Source: an uncultured Terracidiphilus sp. (GTDB taxonomy: Bacteria; Acidobacteriota; Terriglobia; Terriglobales; Acidobacteriaceae). Taken from it: a DNA stretch of 64,000 nucleotides. The translations under genes and the position numbers were made by a program. Positions 8,812 through 19,053 of this stretch are shown here, piece by piece. The stretch is from contig CAZYDF010000007.1 in assembly GCA_964645855.1 (NCBI GenBank), forward strand, positions 6,722 to 70,721, in the 5' to 3' direction. The notes under the pieces were generated by a model. That model made no database searches. It had not been told where the DNA came from and saw only the letters and a list, made by a program, of their open reading frames with translations. Numbering within the stretch: position 1 is the stretch's first letter; each line of letters starts with the position of its first letter.

Positions 8812-9564
8812 CTACTTTTTGGCAGAAGTCTTCTTGGCGACAGCCTTCTTCGCAACAGCCTTCTTGGCGGGTGCCTTCTTGGCAACAGCCTTCTTGGCAA
8901 CAGCCTTCTTGGCCGGTACCTTCTTGGCGACAGCCTTCTTGGCCACAACCTTCTTGGCCACGACCTTCTTCGCTACGGCCTTCTTCGCAGGTGCCTTCTT
9001 GGCAACAACCTTCTTCACTGCGGCCTTCTTGGCGGGCGCCTTCTTTGCTGCTTTCTTGACTGCCAACTTATTACCTCGTTTGGTGGTTTTGCTGACGCTC
9101 TTGCCAGCCGCGGCCTTCTTCGCCGCAGCCTTTCCGCCCTTTGCGTCAGTGGAGTTCTTTTTGGCGGCGGACTTCTTTGCGGCCTTCTCGGCCTCAACCT
9201 TTTTCGCGATCTTCTTGTCGGCCTTTTTATCTTTCTTGGCCTTCTTCGCCTTCTTAGCCGGAGCTGTCTTCTGCTCGGCCTTCACGATCTTCTCGGCCTT
9301 GGCGACCTTCTCAGGCTTGGCGACCTTGACGGCCTTCTTGGCTTTTCTGGCCTTCTTCGCCACCGGGGCAGGCTCCGCATCGGGAATCACGAGAACCACT
9401 GCTTCTTCGAGTACAACGTCGTCGTCCGAAGAGGTTACGATGCTGGCGGTTTCTCCGTCTTCGTCATCATCGGCAAGGTCCGCGGCCTGATCGGGATCCA
9501 GCTCTTTCGGCTCCTCAAACGAGTCGCCAGCACTCATCGCATACATACCGTACACTTCTTCCAT
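8812..9564 (-). CDS. Histone H1-like Lys/Ala-rich DNA-binding protein with acidic N-terminus
   Basis: Tandem [15 protein letters not shown] pentapeptides at the C-terminus; D/E-rich first ~60 aa; GGAGG upstream. Confidence 0.8.
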   Translation of the reverse strand: MEEVYGMYAMSAGDSFEEPKELDPDQAADLADDDEDGETASIVTSSDDDVVLEEAVVLVIPDAEPAPVAKKARKAKKAVKVAKPEKVAKAEKIVKAEQKTAPAKKAKKAKKDKKADKKIAKKVEAEKAAKKSAAKKNSTDAKGGKAAAKKAAAGKSVSKTTKRGNKLAVKKAAKKAPAKKAAVKKVVAKKAPAKKAVAKKVVAKKVVAKKAVAKKVPAKKAVAKKAVAKKAPAKKAVAKKAVAKKTSAKK

Positions 9565-9718
9565 CCGATTGCCTCCAGCGGATCACCGCTGTCCACGTTC
9601 TGCTCTCCACGGCAACGCAACACGCATGCATCGCTTGCGGAGTCAGTCTAACTATAGATTGCAACTAAATTGTTGCAAAAACAAGTGGGGAATCAAATCC
9701 AGGCAACCTTTTTTCAAT

Positions 9719-11716
9719 TTACTGCGCGCTTTTCTGTTTGGACGCGGTCTTGTGTGCTCTGCTCTTGCCCGCGGCCGGCGCGGCTTTGGATTGCGCGGGC
9801 TTGCCGGTTGTACTCTTTGACGATGCGCTCTTCGACGTAGCGCTCTTCGAGGCCGCGCCCTTCGCCGTTGGGTGCTTCGACTTTGTGCTCTCCGCAGGCG
9901 CGCTCTGCTTGCCGCTTGCCGCGTGGGTCTTCTTGCTTGTGGATGCAGGTGCGCTGCTCTCCACGGAAACGCTTGCGGCGCTGTGCCGGCGTGATCCCGT
10001 GGCCCGCGTCACGTTGGCAGGCTCAGCCACGATCAGCTTACGCCCTGCCTCCATCTTCACGCCGGTGCCGGGCAGCTTGTTCCATTGCCGCAACTGCGTC
10101 AGCGATACACCAAAGCGATCGGCGATGGTCACCAGCGAGTCGCCCTTGCGAGTGGTGTAAGGCCGCGCATGCGCGGTGGTCACGGTCACCGGGACCTGGG
10201 GCACAACCACGGCTTCAACGTCCTTCACCTCATCGTCTTCGTGCATCTGGTTGGCATCGGCCAACTGCGCCGCGCCCACGTGGAACTCGCGCGCAATCGA
10301 CGCCAGCGATTCTCCCTCAACCACCCGGTGGTAACGCCATGCATTGCGATGCGACTCAGGAATTGCGGCGACTCGCTGCTCATACAAGGTGGCCGTGCCC
10401 GCGGGCAGGTGCAGATCGAAGTTGGCGTCGGGCGGCGTCACGCGATGCAGCAGGCTCGGATTCAGGGCCTCGAGATCTTCCACCGTTGTGCCCACCAGAT
10501 CCGAAACCAGACGCAGATCGATGGAGTAGTTGATGGCCACCGTATCGGTGAGGATCGGCGGATCGAAGGTGAGATCGTCCAGCCCATACTTGGTGGGATT
10601 GTTGGCCACAATGATGGCGGCCAGAATCTCCGGCACGTAGTTGGCGGTCTCAGCGGGCAGATTATGACGACGGTAGAGTTCCCAGAAGTCGGCGTAGCCG
10701 GTCTTCTCCACCGCGTGCTGCACGTTGCCAGCGCCCCAGTTATAGCCGGCCATGGTCAGATACCAGTCGCCCAGCTGATCGTAGATGAACTTCATGTAGC
10801 GGGCGCTGGCGCGGGTGCTCTTCTCCGGATCGAAGCGCTCGTCTACATACGAATTGCGCACCAGCCCGTAGTTGCCCGAAGGCATGAACTGCCACATGCC
10901 GCCCGCTCTGCCGCCGGACCTGGTCATGGGACCAACAGCCCGCGGGTTGAATCCGGATTCCGCCACCGCCAGGTAGATCAGATCCTGCGGCACGCCTTCT
11001 TCCGCCATGACCCGCTGAATCATCGCCTTGTAGCGACCCGCGCGCTGCAACGAGTGCAACAGGGTGTAATGGCCCTTCTTGGTGTTGGCGAAAAAATTAA
11101 TGTAGGAAGCAACGTATTCGTTCACCACCAGCGGAAGATCCGACTTGGTGGTGGCCAGATCGGCCTGCGCCCTGGCCAGGAAGGCCGGGTCCACCTTGAA
11201 GGTCACGTCGGCCGCCGCATCGGCAGGCGTCTCTTCTTCCTGCGCGGCAAAGCCGTTGCCACGCTTCAGGGCTTCCATCTCCAGCCCGCTCACCTGATCC
11301 AGAATGCGATTGAACTCGTCTTCCAGTTGCGGATGCGTCTTGATGTCAAGACCGCTCTCCAGCATCAGGTCCACGGCGCGATCAAACGCGGCCTTGGCTT
11401 CAACCAGACGTCCTTTGCGATATTCCGACTCGCCCAGCGCGTAGGCCTGATCCACCTGCTGGATAAGCACCCGCAGGCGCTGCTCGGCCGGTTTGCCGGT
11501 CTGCGCTATGGGTGCGGGTGGCTTGGGAACTGGAGCGTTCAACGCGGGGGCGGTGGCCTGGGACTGGTTGCCCTGGGGCGGCGTCACCGGCTCCGTGGGC
11601 GCACAACCTACCAACCAAAGGGCAAAGCCAACACTGCAGGCGCCTGCAAGGACGCGCCTGGTCCAGCATGGGCCGGAGCCGGACCTGACCGGAAGATGGA
11701 ATCGGACGAAAGACAC
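9719..11716 (-). CDS. mltD: Membrane-bound lytic murein transglycosylase (SLT plus two LysM domains), lipoprotein
   Basis: LVGC lipobox, [29 protein letters not shown], two LysM repeats; start codon uncertain. Confidence 0.85.
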   Translation of the reverse strand: MSFVRFHLPVRSGSGPCWTRRVLAGACSVGFALWLVGCAPTEPVTPPQGNQSQATAPALNAPVPKPPAPIAQTGKPAEQRLRVLIQQVDQAYALGESEYRKGRLVEAKAAFDRAVDLMLESGLDIKTHPQLEDEFNRILDQVSGLEMEALKRGNGFAAQEEETPADAAADVTFKVDPAFLARAQADLATTKSDLPLVVNEYVASYINFFANTKKGHYTLLHSLQRAGRYKAMIQRVMAEEGVPQDLIYLAVAESGFNPRAVGPMTRSGGRAGGMWQFMPSGNYGLVRNSYVDERFDPEKSTRASARYMKFIYDQLGDWYLTMAGYNWGAGNVQHAVEKTGYADFWELYRRHNLPAETANYVPEILAAIIVANNPTKYGLDDLTFDPPILTDTVAINYSIDLRLVSDLVGTTVEDLEALNPSLLHRVTPPDANFDLHLPAGTATLYEQRVAAIPESHRNAWRYHRVVEGESLASIAREFHVGAAQLADANQMHEDDEVKDVEAVVVPQVPVTVTTAHARPYTTRKGDSLVTIADRFGVSLTQLRQWNKLPGTGVKMEAGRKLIVAEPANVTRATGSRRHSAASVSVESSAPASTSKKTHAASGKQSAPAESTKSKHPTAKGAASKSATSKSASSKSTTGKPAQSKAAPAAGKSRAHKTASKQKSAQ

Positions 11717-11788
11717 TATGCCGATGATAAGCTATGCCATAGAGGCTATGCGCGTTTCGGTGCGCAAATCATGCCCCCGCCAGCCTTT

Positions 11789-13600
11789 ATGGAATCCAGA
11801 TTCATCCGAAATTTCGCCATTATTGCCCACATCGACCACGGTAAGTCGACGTTGAGCGATCGTCTGCTTGAACTCACCGGCTCCGTCACCCAACGCGAGA
11901 TGCAGGCGCAGGTGCTGGACGCCATGGATCTGGAGCGCGAGCGCGGCATCACCATCAAAGCCCACGCCGTGCGCATGGCCTACAAGGCCAAGGATGGCAA
12001 CATCTATCAGCTGAACCTGATCGACACCCCCGGTCACGTGGACTTCAGCTATGAGGTTTCGCGCTCCCTGGCCAGCTGCGAGGGCGCTCTGCTGGTGGTG
12101 GACGCCAGCCAGGGCGTGGAGGCGCAGACGCTAGCCAACGCGTATCTGGCCATCAATCATGGCCTTGAAATCATTCCCATCATCAACAAGATCGATCTGC
12201 CTTCGGCCGACATTGTGCGCACCCAGGAAGCCATTGAACAGGCCGTCGGGCTGGACGCCACCGACGCCATCGCCGTGAGCGCCAAGACCGGCCAGGGCGT
12301 GGAAGAGATTCTGGAGGCCATTGTTCAGCGCCTGCCTCCGCCTGTTGCCAATCCTGATGCCCCTTTGCAAGCTTTGATCTTCGATAGCTGGTTTGATCCC
12401 TATCGCGGCGTCATTGTCCTGGTGCGTGTCATGCAGGGCACCCTGCGCAAGGGTCAGAACATCCGTTTCATGTCCAACGGAATTGTCCACGAAGTGGAGT
12501 CCATGGGCGTGCTCTGCCCCAAGCCGGTGGAGATCGGCCAACTCTCGGCTGGCGAAGTGGGATTTTTTGCCGCCACCATCAAGAACGTCTCTGACACCAA
12601 GATTGGCGACACCGTTACCGACGACGCCAACCCCGCCACCGAGCAGCTGGCCGGCTTTGAAGACATCAAGCCGATGGTCTTCAGCGGTCTCTATACGGTG
12701 GACTCCCACGAGCACACCCTGCTGCGCGATGCGCTGGAGAAGCTGCGCCTCAACGACGCCTCCTTCTTCTTTGAGCCGGAGAGCTCGGTAGCGCTGGGCT
12801 TTGGCTTCCGCTGCGGCTTTCTGGGCCTGCTCCACATGGAGATCATCCAGGAGCGCCTGGAGCGCGAGTACGAGCTGGAACTGATTACCACCGCACCCGG
12901 CGTGCGTTATCACATTGAGATGACCGACGGTTCGGTGCTGGAGGTGGATAACCCCTCGCGCTGGCCTGAGGTCACCAGCATCAAGGCCATTCGCGAGCCC
13001 GTGATCACCGCCAAGATCCTCACCAATGAGGAGTACGTCGGCGGCATCCTCAAGCTCGTTGAAGAGAAGCGCGGCAAGCAGCTCAACTTTGAGTACGTAA
13101 CGCCTACCCGCGTGCTGATCACCTACGAGCTGCCGCTGAACGAGATCGTGCTCGACTTCTACGACCGGCTCAAATCCATCTCCCGCGGTTACGCCTCGCT
13201 CGATTACCAGCTGGCCGGCGAGTGGGTCTCGCCCATGGTCAAGATGGACATCCTGGTCTCCGGCGAGCCGGTGGACGCGCTCTCCATCATCGTCCACCAC
13301 GACTTTGCCTACGAACGGGGCCGGGCGCTGGTTTCCAAGATGCGCGAGCTCATCCCCCGCCAGCAGTTTGAGGTGGCCATCCAGGCCGCCATTGGCGCCA
13401 AGGTGGTGGCCCGTGAGACGGTAACCGCCCTGCGCAAGAACGTGCTGGCCAAGTGCTACGGCGGCGACATCAGCCGCAAGCGCAAGCTGCTGGAAAAGCA
13501 AAAAGAAGGCAAAAAGCGAATGAAGCGTATCGGCAAGGTGGATATTCCGCAGGAAGCCTTCCTCGCTGTTCTTCGTATTGGCGAAGATTCGGCAAAGTAA
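11789..13600 (+). CDS. lepA: Elongation factor 4
   Basis: [53 protein letters not shown]. Confidence 0.97.
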   Translation: MESRFIRNFAIIAHIDHGKSTLSDRLLELTGSVTQREMQAQVLDAMDLERERGITIKAHAVRMAYKAKDGNIYQLNLIDTPGHVDFSYEVSRSLASCEGALLVVDASQGVEAQTLANAYLAINHGLEIIPIINKIDLPSADIVRTQEAIEQAVGLDATDAIAVSAKTGQGVEEILEAIVQRLPPPVANPDAPLQALIFDSWFDPYRGVIVLVRVMQGTLRKGQNIRFMSNGIVHEVESMGVLCPKPVEIGQLSAGEVGFFAATIKNVSDTKIGDTVTDDANPATEQLAGFEDIKPMVFSGLYTVDSHEHTLLRDALEKLRLNDASFFFEPESSVALGFGFRCGFLGLLHMEIIQERLEREYELELITTAPGVRYHIEMTDGSVLEVDNPSRWPEVTSIKAIREPVITAKILTNEEYVGGILKLVEEKRGKQLNFEYVTPTRVLITYELPLNEIVLDFYDRLKSISRGYASLDYQLAGEWVSPMVKMDILVSGEPVDALSIIVHHDFAYERGRALVSKMRELIPRQQFEVAIQAAIGAKVVARETVTALRKNVLAKCYGGDISRKRKLLEKQKEGKKRMKRIGKVDIPQEAFLAVLRIGEDSAK

Positions 13601-13954
13601 CCCCTCGACAAATTAGGCACGTAGCTTTGGTTCTACTTTGGGCATAATACTTTCGTTCCCTTCTGAAATTGGACCTGTGGAAACCTCCTCATTTGCAAGT
13701 CAAGCTCCCGGCCCTGTGTCAAGGGCCGGATGGCTTCGATTTCAACTCTTCAATTAGTTGATATAACAGTACTTACAGCGTGTACCATTAAGCTTTTTCT
13801 TTTGGCAAGGCCCAAAATATGCCCAAAGTTTTGTTCTTTCTAAAAGCGATCCACAGTTTTTTCCACAGATAATCTCAAATCCGCGCCAAACAGCTCCAAA
13901 TTGCCCTCAGCATTTGAAATCTGACGCTGCTATATTATTTGCCCCCAGAACCAC

Positions 13955-13980
13955 AAAAAGCCCCGCCAAAGCGGGGCCTT
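13955..13980 (-). terminator. Intrinsic terminator after skp
   Basis: GCCCCGC/GCGGGGC stem followed by a U-run on the minus strand. Confidence 0.75.
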
Positions 13981-14006
13981 CTGTGCATGCTCTTGGGAGC
14001 GTGGGG

Positions 14007-14588
14007 TTAGTGAGCCGCGGGAGCCTTGGGAGCCGCTGCGGGAGCGGCCGGAGGCGCCGGGACGCCCGACTTCACATTGTAGGCATCCATGATGGCCTTG
14101 GTGATGTCGGTGGCGGGGTTGGCATAGAGCAGCGTGGTGCTGTCCATGACTACCGTCACGCCCTGCAACTCCACGTAGGCGCGCAGAACGTCGTAGACCT
14201 TCGGCGACAGATCCGCATAGAGAGCCTGCAGGGCCTGCTGGGAGTCGTTCTGGTAGTCCTCGTAGTCGCGCTGAGCCTGCTTCTTTTTGGCTTCGATGGC
14301 GGCGGCACGGCTCTGCTGCTCGGCCGGAGCCAGCTTGTCGCCCTGGGCTTCCAGCTGCTTCGACAGGCCTTCGATCTCATCGCTGAGCTTCTGCAGGGTC
14401 TGCATGCGGGGCTGGAACTTCTTCTCGAGGTCGGCGAGGTCGCGCTGGCCTTCATTGGTGCGGAATACCGCATCACGGAAGGCGATAACGGCAACCTTCG
14501 TGGTGGTAGCGGCGGCCGGAGTTTGAGCAGTGGCGCTCAGGACAAACCCCGAGGCCAGCATGGCAACGATTGCGAGCGTACGCTTCAT
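14007..14588 (-). CDS. skp: Skp/OmpH periplasmic chaperone
   Basis: Signal peptide, KVAVI, coiled coil, LYANP..DITKAI; directly downstream of bamA. Confidence 0.85.
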   Translation of the reverse strand: MKRTLAIVAMLASGFVLSATAQTPAAATTTKVAVIAFRDAVFRTNEGQRDLADLEKKFQPRMQTLQKLSDEIEGLSKQLEAQGDKLAPAEQQSRAAAIEAKKKQAQRDYEDYQNDSQQALQALYADLSPKVYDVLRAYVELQGVTVVMDSTTLLYANPATDITKAIMDAYNVKSGVPAPPAAPAAAPKAPAAH

Positions 14589-14751
14589 TTTGATCTAAAG
14601 CTCCTTCGGAATCCCTGTAATAACTTGTAGACGCGTTGCGCAAACAAATCCGTGCCTTTCGATCTCGTGCCTTGCGGCCCTCGGGCGAAACTCCACACCC
14701 GCTGGCTTAGCGCGTCTACGCGATCTACGGCCATCAACAGGAACTAGATGG

Positions 14752-14780
14752 ATTATAGGAGCCTCAGGTAGGAGCGTCAA
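14752..14780 (-). promoter_or_regulatory. Sigma70 promoter for skp
   Basis: TTGACG-17 nt-TATAAT on the minus strand, just downstream of the bamA terminator. Confidence 0.8.
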
Positions 14781-14841
14781 ACCTCGAATTCATGAATTCA
14801 TCCTCTAAATCCGCACTTATCCGCCATTGTGCGACGAACGC

Positions 14842-14868
14842 AAAAAGGCCGCCCGTAAGGCGGCCTTT
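14842..14868 (-). terminator. Intrinsic terminator after bamA
   Basis: AAAGGCCGCC/GGCGGCCTTT stem with U-tract. Confidence 0.8.
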
Positions 14869-14898
14869 GCTTGCTCTCGGCTGAGGTCGAAACTTCAG

Positions 14899-17892
14899 CT
14901 AGAAGGTGGTGGAGATGGTAAGCCGGAAGGTCTTGCGCGGCTCCCGGAACAGGTAACGGCTGCCGTAGGCCTGGATGGCCTCCGCGTACGTGTAGTCACC
15001 CGCGCCGCCTACCGGGAACATGGCGCGCGTAATCAACTCGCCCGAGCAGCTGCTCTGGTGTACGCCCACGCCGTCGTTGCAGTAGGGACGCTCGTACAGG
15101 CGCAGCGGGTTGTAGGCGTAATACAGCCGGAACGGTGCGTTGACAATCGGCATGATGACCGAAAGCTCGCCACCCATCGACATACGGGGCACAAAGTTGG
15201 TGCCGGTAATGGGACGGATATCGCGCTGGAAGCCCACCATGGTGCCCTGGATCGAGCTTTCGCAATACTGCTCACCGGAGCTGTTCGTAGCCAGCTTCAG
15301 CGTCTGGCAGCCATAGAGCGGGGAGGTCAGCGATTCAAAGCCTTGAATGCTCTGCTTCAGCTGTCCCTTGTTGGTGGCCACGTCCAGGTTGAAGTCGTCG
15401 AAGATGGAGAACATGACCGGCCCGGCAATCGGGATGCGGTACTCGATGTTGGAAGTGAAGCTGGCGTCGCCGCCCACCGAGGCAATGCCGTAGACCGGCA
15501 GCGGAACCTGGACGCAGGCCGTGTTGGCCGTGTTGCCAGGGTACTCCTGGACGCACTGCCCGTCAGGATTGGTCAGCTGGAAGTTGACGCGCGTGGGAAC
15601 GTAGCCGTAGGGCGTGGACGAACGAACGTCGAAGCCGCGGATTTCGTTTTCGCCACCGGCGTAGAAGCGGTTCTGCGGAGGAGCCACGTCGCCGCCAAAA
15701 CCCTGCACATAGCCCAACTGCGCGCGGATGCCCAGCACGTTGCGGCCGCTCTCGGTGGGCCGCAGGTAGTGCATCGGGATGAAGCGCTTGTAGGCCAGTT
15801 CCGGAGAGATGTAACGTACATTGCCCCAGAGACCCGCACCCTGCAACGCCACCGTGTATTCCTTGCCGGAGCGCGGACGGGTGGGGTTGCTGATGGTGTT
15901 GTAGCTGTAGGTCAACGACACCGAGCTGTTGATGATGCCGTTCAGCGCGTTCGAGCCCTGGATACCGGACCGGAAGCTGATGGTCTGGAACAAGGTCTGC
16001 GAGGCGGTGCTGAAGGTGGTGATCGTCGACCGGGTGAGCGAGTAGGTCATGCCCACGCGCTGGAAAGCATGGCGCTTCAGCGGATACATGACCGAGAAGT
16101 TCATACCCGTGGCAGCCTGATTGTAATTCTGCGTCAGCGACTTCTCGGCCGAGGTCAGGTTCATCGATGCGCCAGAGGTTGCCTGGTAATTCTTGGCTGC
16201 GTTGAAGTCCTGCTTGTTGTTGAAGACCTGGAAGCCAATGCTGACCGGACGGTTCTTGACGTAGGGCTGGGTGAATCCGAACGTAAACGTACGGCTCACG
16301 TTGCCCATGTTGGCTTGCAAGCTCAGCGTCTCGCCCAGACCCAGGAAGTTGTTGGTCTGGTAGTTCAGGCCGACAAACGCGCCCGACATGCCGCTGACGC
16401 CGCCGTTCATGCCAATCGAGTTCTTGCCCTTTTCCTTGACCTTCAACAGCAGCTCAACGGTGCCGGCATCGGCATCCTGATGGGCTTCGGAATCCTGCTC
16501 GACCTTGAGGGGCTCGAAGTATTCCAGCTGGTTCAGGCGCAGCAGGCTGTACTCCCACATCTGGGAGTTGTAGACCGAACCTTCGTCCAGCATCAGCTCG
16601 CGGCGGATCACGCGGTCGCGGGTGATGGTGTTGCCCTGGAACTCAATGCGCGACACATAGAAGGGCTTGCCTTCGTCAATATCGACAATGATGGAAACGG
16701 TCTTCTTCTGGTCGTCGTAGCTGAGCTTGGGAATGGCGCCAAAGTTGATGTAGCCCAACTGGCCATACGCCTTCTTCAGGTTCTCCAGCCCCTTGCCAAG
16801 CAGCGTGGCGTTGAAGAACTCACCATCCTTTACGGCAAAAGTGGAGCGCAGTGCCCGGGCGTTGGTCACGGCCTTGTTGCCGGTGAAGCCGATGGAACTC
16901 AGGCGGTAACGTCCGCCTTCTTCAATGCCCAGCAGAATGTCGATGCGCTTGCCGTTGTTGGGGCGGAAGGTGAACCAGTTCAGGCCCCCCTGGTCACGGA
17001 TCTGGGTCTTCGGCGACTCCACCGCGGCGCTGGCGTAACCGCGATCGCGATAGGCCTGGCGCACGCGCTCGGAGTCTTCTTCGAGCTTCGAGGCGTCAAA
17101 GGACTGCGAGAACAGATTCTCAAAGACCAGCGAGTACGGGATGCCGATGGGTTTCAGGTTCTTCATCGAGCGGCGCAGCTGCAGAGAGCTGATGTGCTCG
17201 TTGCCGGCGAAGCGGATCTCGCCCACCTTCACCACCGGGCCTTCCTTGATGTTGAAGTTCACCTGCGCGCTCGCAGGTGGAATATTCTTCACCTCGGTCT
17301 TGATGGTGGCAAACTGGTGGCCATGCTCCGCCAACAAGTTCTTGATCACCGTCTCGGCGCGCTTGATCTTGGCCGGGTCGTATTGGCTCTCCACCGACAG
17401 GCCGACCTTTTCCTTCTTGAAGCGGTCCAACACGTCAGAGTTCGAGATGGTGCTCAGACCCTTGTAGTTGATCTCGCGGATGGTCGGCTTCTCACGCAGA
17501 AAAATATTCAGGATGATGCCCTTCTCCGAATCCTCGCGCTCAATGCGCAGGTCGTCGAAGTAACCCGTATTCCAGAGCGAGTTGAAGTCGCGCTCCACGG
17601 AAATCGAGTCGTAAGCATCGCCCGGATGCGTAAACAACCGCGCCAACACCGTTTCTTTGGGAATACGGCGGTTGCCGATCACGCGAATCTGATCGATGGT
17701 CTGCGACTGTTGTGCCTGAAGCGCCACGGCTGCCGTCACCAGCGCCAGAATCAGCGCGGTCCGCGCCAACCGGCCGGCGGCCCGCAGCGCGAGACGGATG
17801 CAAGTGCGCTTCGTCTTCACCGGGATTGCGTCCTGCGGCGAGCGAAAATACTGGTGCGTTCCTAAGTTCGGCTTCACGGGAAGAATATGCAC
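14899..17892 (-). CDS. bamA: Outer membrane protein assembly factor BamA
   Basis: POTRA repeats (I.VIGNRR, IEFQGNTITRDRVIRRE), IRGF motif, C-terminal F; true start may be GTG at 17820. Confidence 0.92.
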   Translation of the reverse strand: MHILPVKPNLGTHQYFRSPQDAIPVKTKRTCIRLALRAAGRLARTALILALVTAAVALQAQQSQTIDQIRVIGNRRIPKETVLARLFTHPGDAYDSISVERDFNSLWNTGYFDDLRIEREDSEKGIILNIFLREKPTIREINYKGLSTISNSDVLDRFKKEKVGLSVESQYDPAKIKRAETVIKNLLAEHGHQFATIKTEVKNIPPASAQVNFNIKEGPVVKVGEIRFAGNEHISSLQLRRSMKNLKPIGIPYSLVFENLFSQSFDASKLEEDSERVRQAYRDRGYASAAVESPKTQIRDQGGLNWFTFRPNNGKRIDILLGIEEGGRYRLSSIGFTGNKAVTNARALRSTFAVKDGEFFNATLLGKGLENLKKAYGQLGYINFGAIPKLSYDDQKKTVSIIVDIDEGKPFYVSRIEFQGNTITRDRVIRRELMLDEGSVYNSQMWEYSLLRLNQLEYFEPLKVEQDSEAHQDADAGTVELLLKVKEKGKNSIGMNGGVSGMSGAFVGLNYQTNNFLGLGETLSLQANMGNVSRTFTFGFTQPYVKNRPVSIGFQVFNNKQDFNAAKNYQATSGASMNLTSAEKSLTQNYNQAATGMNFSVMYPLKRHAFQRVGMTYSLTRSTITTFSTASQTLFQTISFRSGIQGSNALNGIINSSVSLTYSYNTISNPTRPRSGKEYTVALQGAGLWGNVRYISPELAYKRFIPMHYLRPTESGRNVLGIRAQLGYVQGFGGDVAPPQNRFYAGGENEIRGFDVRSSTPYGYVPTRVNFQLTNPDGQCVQEYPGNTANTACVQVPLPVYGIASVGGDASFTSNIEYRIPIAGPVMFSIFDDFNLDVATNKGQLKQSIQGFESLTSPLYGCQTLKLATNSSGEQYCESSIQGTMVGFQRDIRPITGTNFVPRMSMGGELSVIMPIVNAPFRLYYAYNPLRLYERPYCNDGVGVHQSSCSGELITRAMFPVGGAGDYTYAEAIQAYGSRYLFREPRKTFRLTISTTF

Positions 17893-18187
17893 ACCCTCAT
17901 TGCTGAAAAATCTGGTTCTGCCAATGGAAAGACTGATTATATTGGACCACGGCCACCCCGCCCAACTGGGCAGATTTTTCCTGGTCCCATCAACCGATCT
18001 TTGCCATCAGAACCGGTTTCCGCGCAAATCCGCAGAGCCCGGCCCGGCCCCTTTACGGGACCCATTTCACAGTCTACCGGAACGAACCCGGTTGCGGACA
18101 TTCTGCATCCACGTTCCGTCGCCCAGCATCCTGTTTAGACGTAGCATTCTGCGGCTTGGCACCCGCATGGAATGAGGTTTTCCCGGA

Positions 18188-18699
18188 ATGAATGCCTTTT
18201 CCAACTCGATTTACGCCTTTTCTGCTCCCTTGCTTGATGGGACTGCACAACCACTGGTGCATTTCAAGGGCCAGGTGCTGCTGATCGTGAATACTGCCAG
18301 CCATTGCGGTTTCACTCCCCAATTTTCCGCCCTCCAGGATTTTTACCGCGCCTACCAGGACCGCGGGTTCTCTGTCTTGGCCTTTCCCTGCAATCAGTTC
18401 GGGGGCCAGGAACCTGGTTCCGAGCTAGAGATCGGCCTCGTCTGCCAGAAAAATTATGGGGTGAGCTTTCCCGTATTTAAAAAAATATTGTGAATGGCCC
18501 CGCCGCCCATCCCCTCTACCAGTACCTCAAGCAGCAACAGCCCGGCCGGTTCTTCCGGCTGCTGGACGGGAGGATCGGGTGGAACTTCACCAAGTTTCTT
18601 GTCGACCGGCAGGGGCAGGTGGTGGCGCGCTTTGCTCCCTCCACCCGTCCAGAGAAGCTGGCTCCGGAGCTTGAACGGCTGCTGGCCAGCCGGGTTTGA
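18188..18699 (+). pseudogene. Glutathione peroxidase, split by a -1 frameshift
   Basis: ORF1 has VNTASHCGFTPQ and AFPCNQFG.QEPG; ORF2 has VNG..AHPLY.YLK and WNFTKFLVDR. The break is at TTTAAAAAAATATTGTGA (18476-18493). Confidence 0.8.
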
Positions 18700-19053
18700 C
18701 CGGCGCCACCTGCCCGGCGGCGCGCTTCCAGCTTTGAGGGTGCTCAAACCCAGCCACATGGGCAAATGTAGACTAGAGCTGTGGGCGTTTTTCCCTGCGT
18801 GGGAAGCGTCTTTTGCCTTACGGGCCGGTTTCTGGGGAGACCGGGCGCGTAGCGTTGCACTTCTCGACTAACATTGTAGTTTCATGTTGAAGACGCGGCT
18901 GGTGGTCCTACCACTGGCCACCCCTTCTCCTGCGAGCAGCAGCCCGTGCTCACTGCGCCCTGGCTGTTGCCTGGCCTGGGCCGTGAGGCTGGACGCTCGC
19001 CGGGAGAAGAGAGACACAGGGAGCACTGCGGCTCCGGAACGGGTACTCGCCCT

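Noticed and set aside
8771..9651. Plus-strand ORFs with FLATA/LLG repeats
   Set aside because: Antisense shadows of the Lys/Ala repeat gene on the minus strand.
10085..11788. 570-aa N-terminal extension of LepA in the ORF track
   Set aside because: It is the antisense frame of mltD; LepA homology begins at ATG 11789.
13601..13950. Calling this locus oriC
   Set aside because: Only one exact DnaA box, no dnaA/dnaN nearby, and sampled codon bias looks the same on both sides. Kept only as an unexplained site.
14827..17865. 1012-aa plus-strand ORF and similar long ORFs (26513-29014, 12131-13501, 23568-25124)
   Set aside because: Stop-free antisense frames of GC3-biased genes, with no recognisable motifs.
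18491..18493. Selenocysteine readthrough of the TGA in the glutathione peroxidase
   Set aside because: The active site already has Cys (SHCG), and the homologous sequence continues in a different frame rather than past the TGA.
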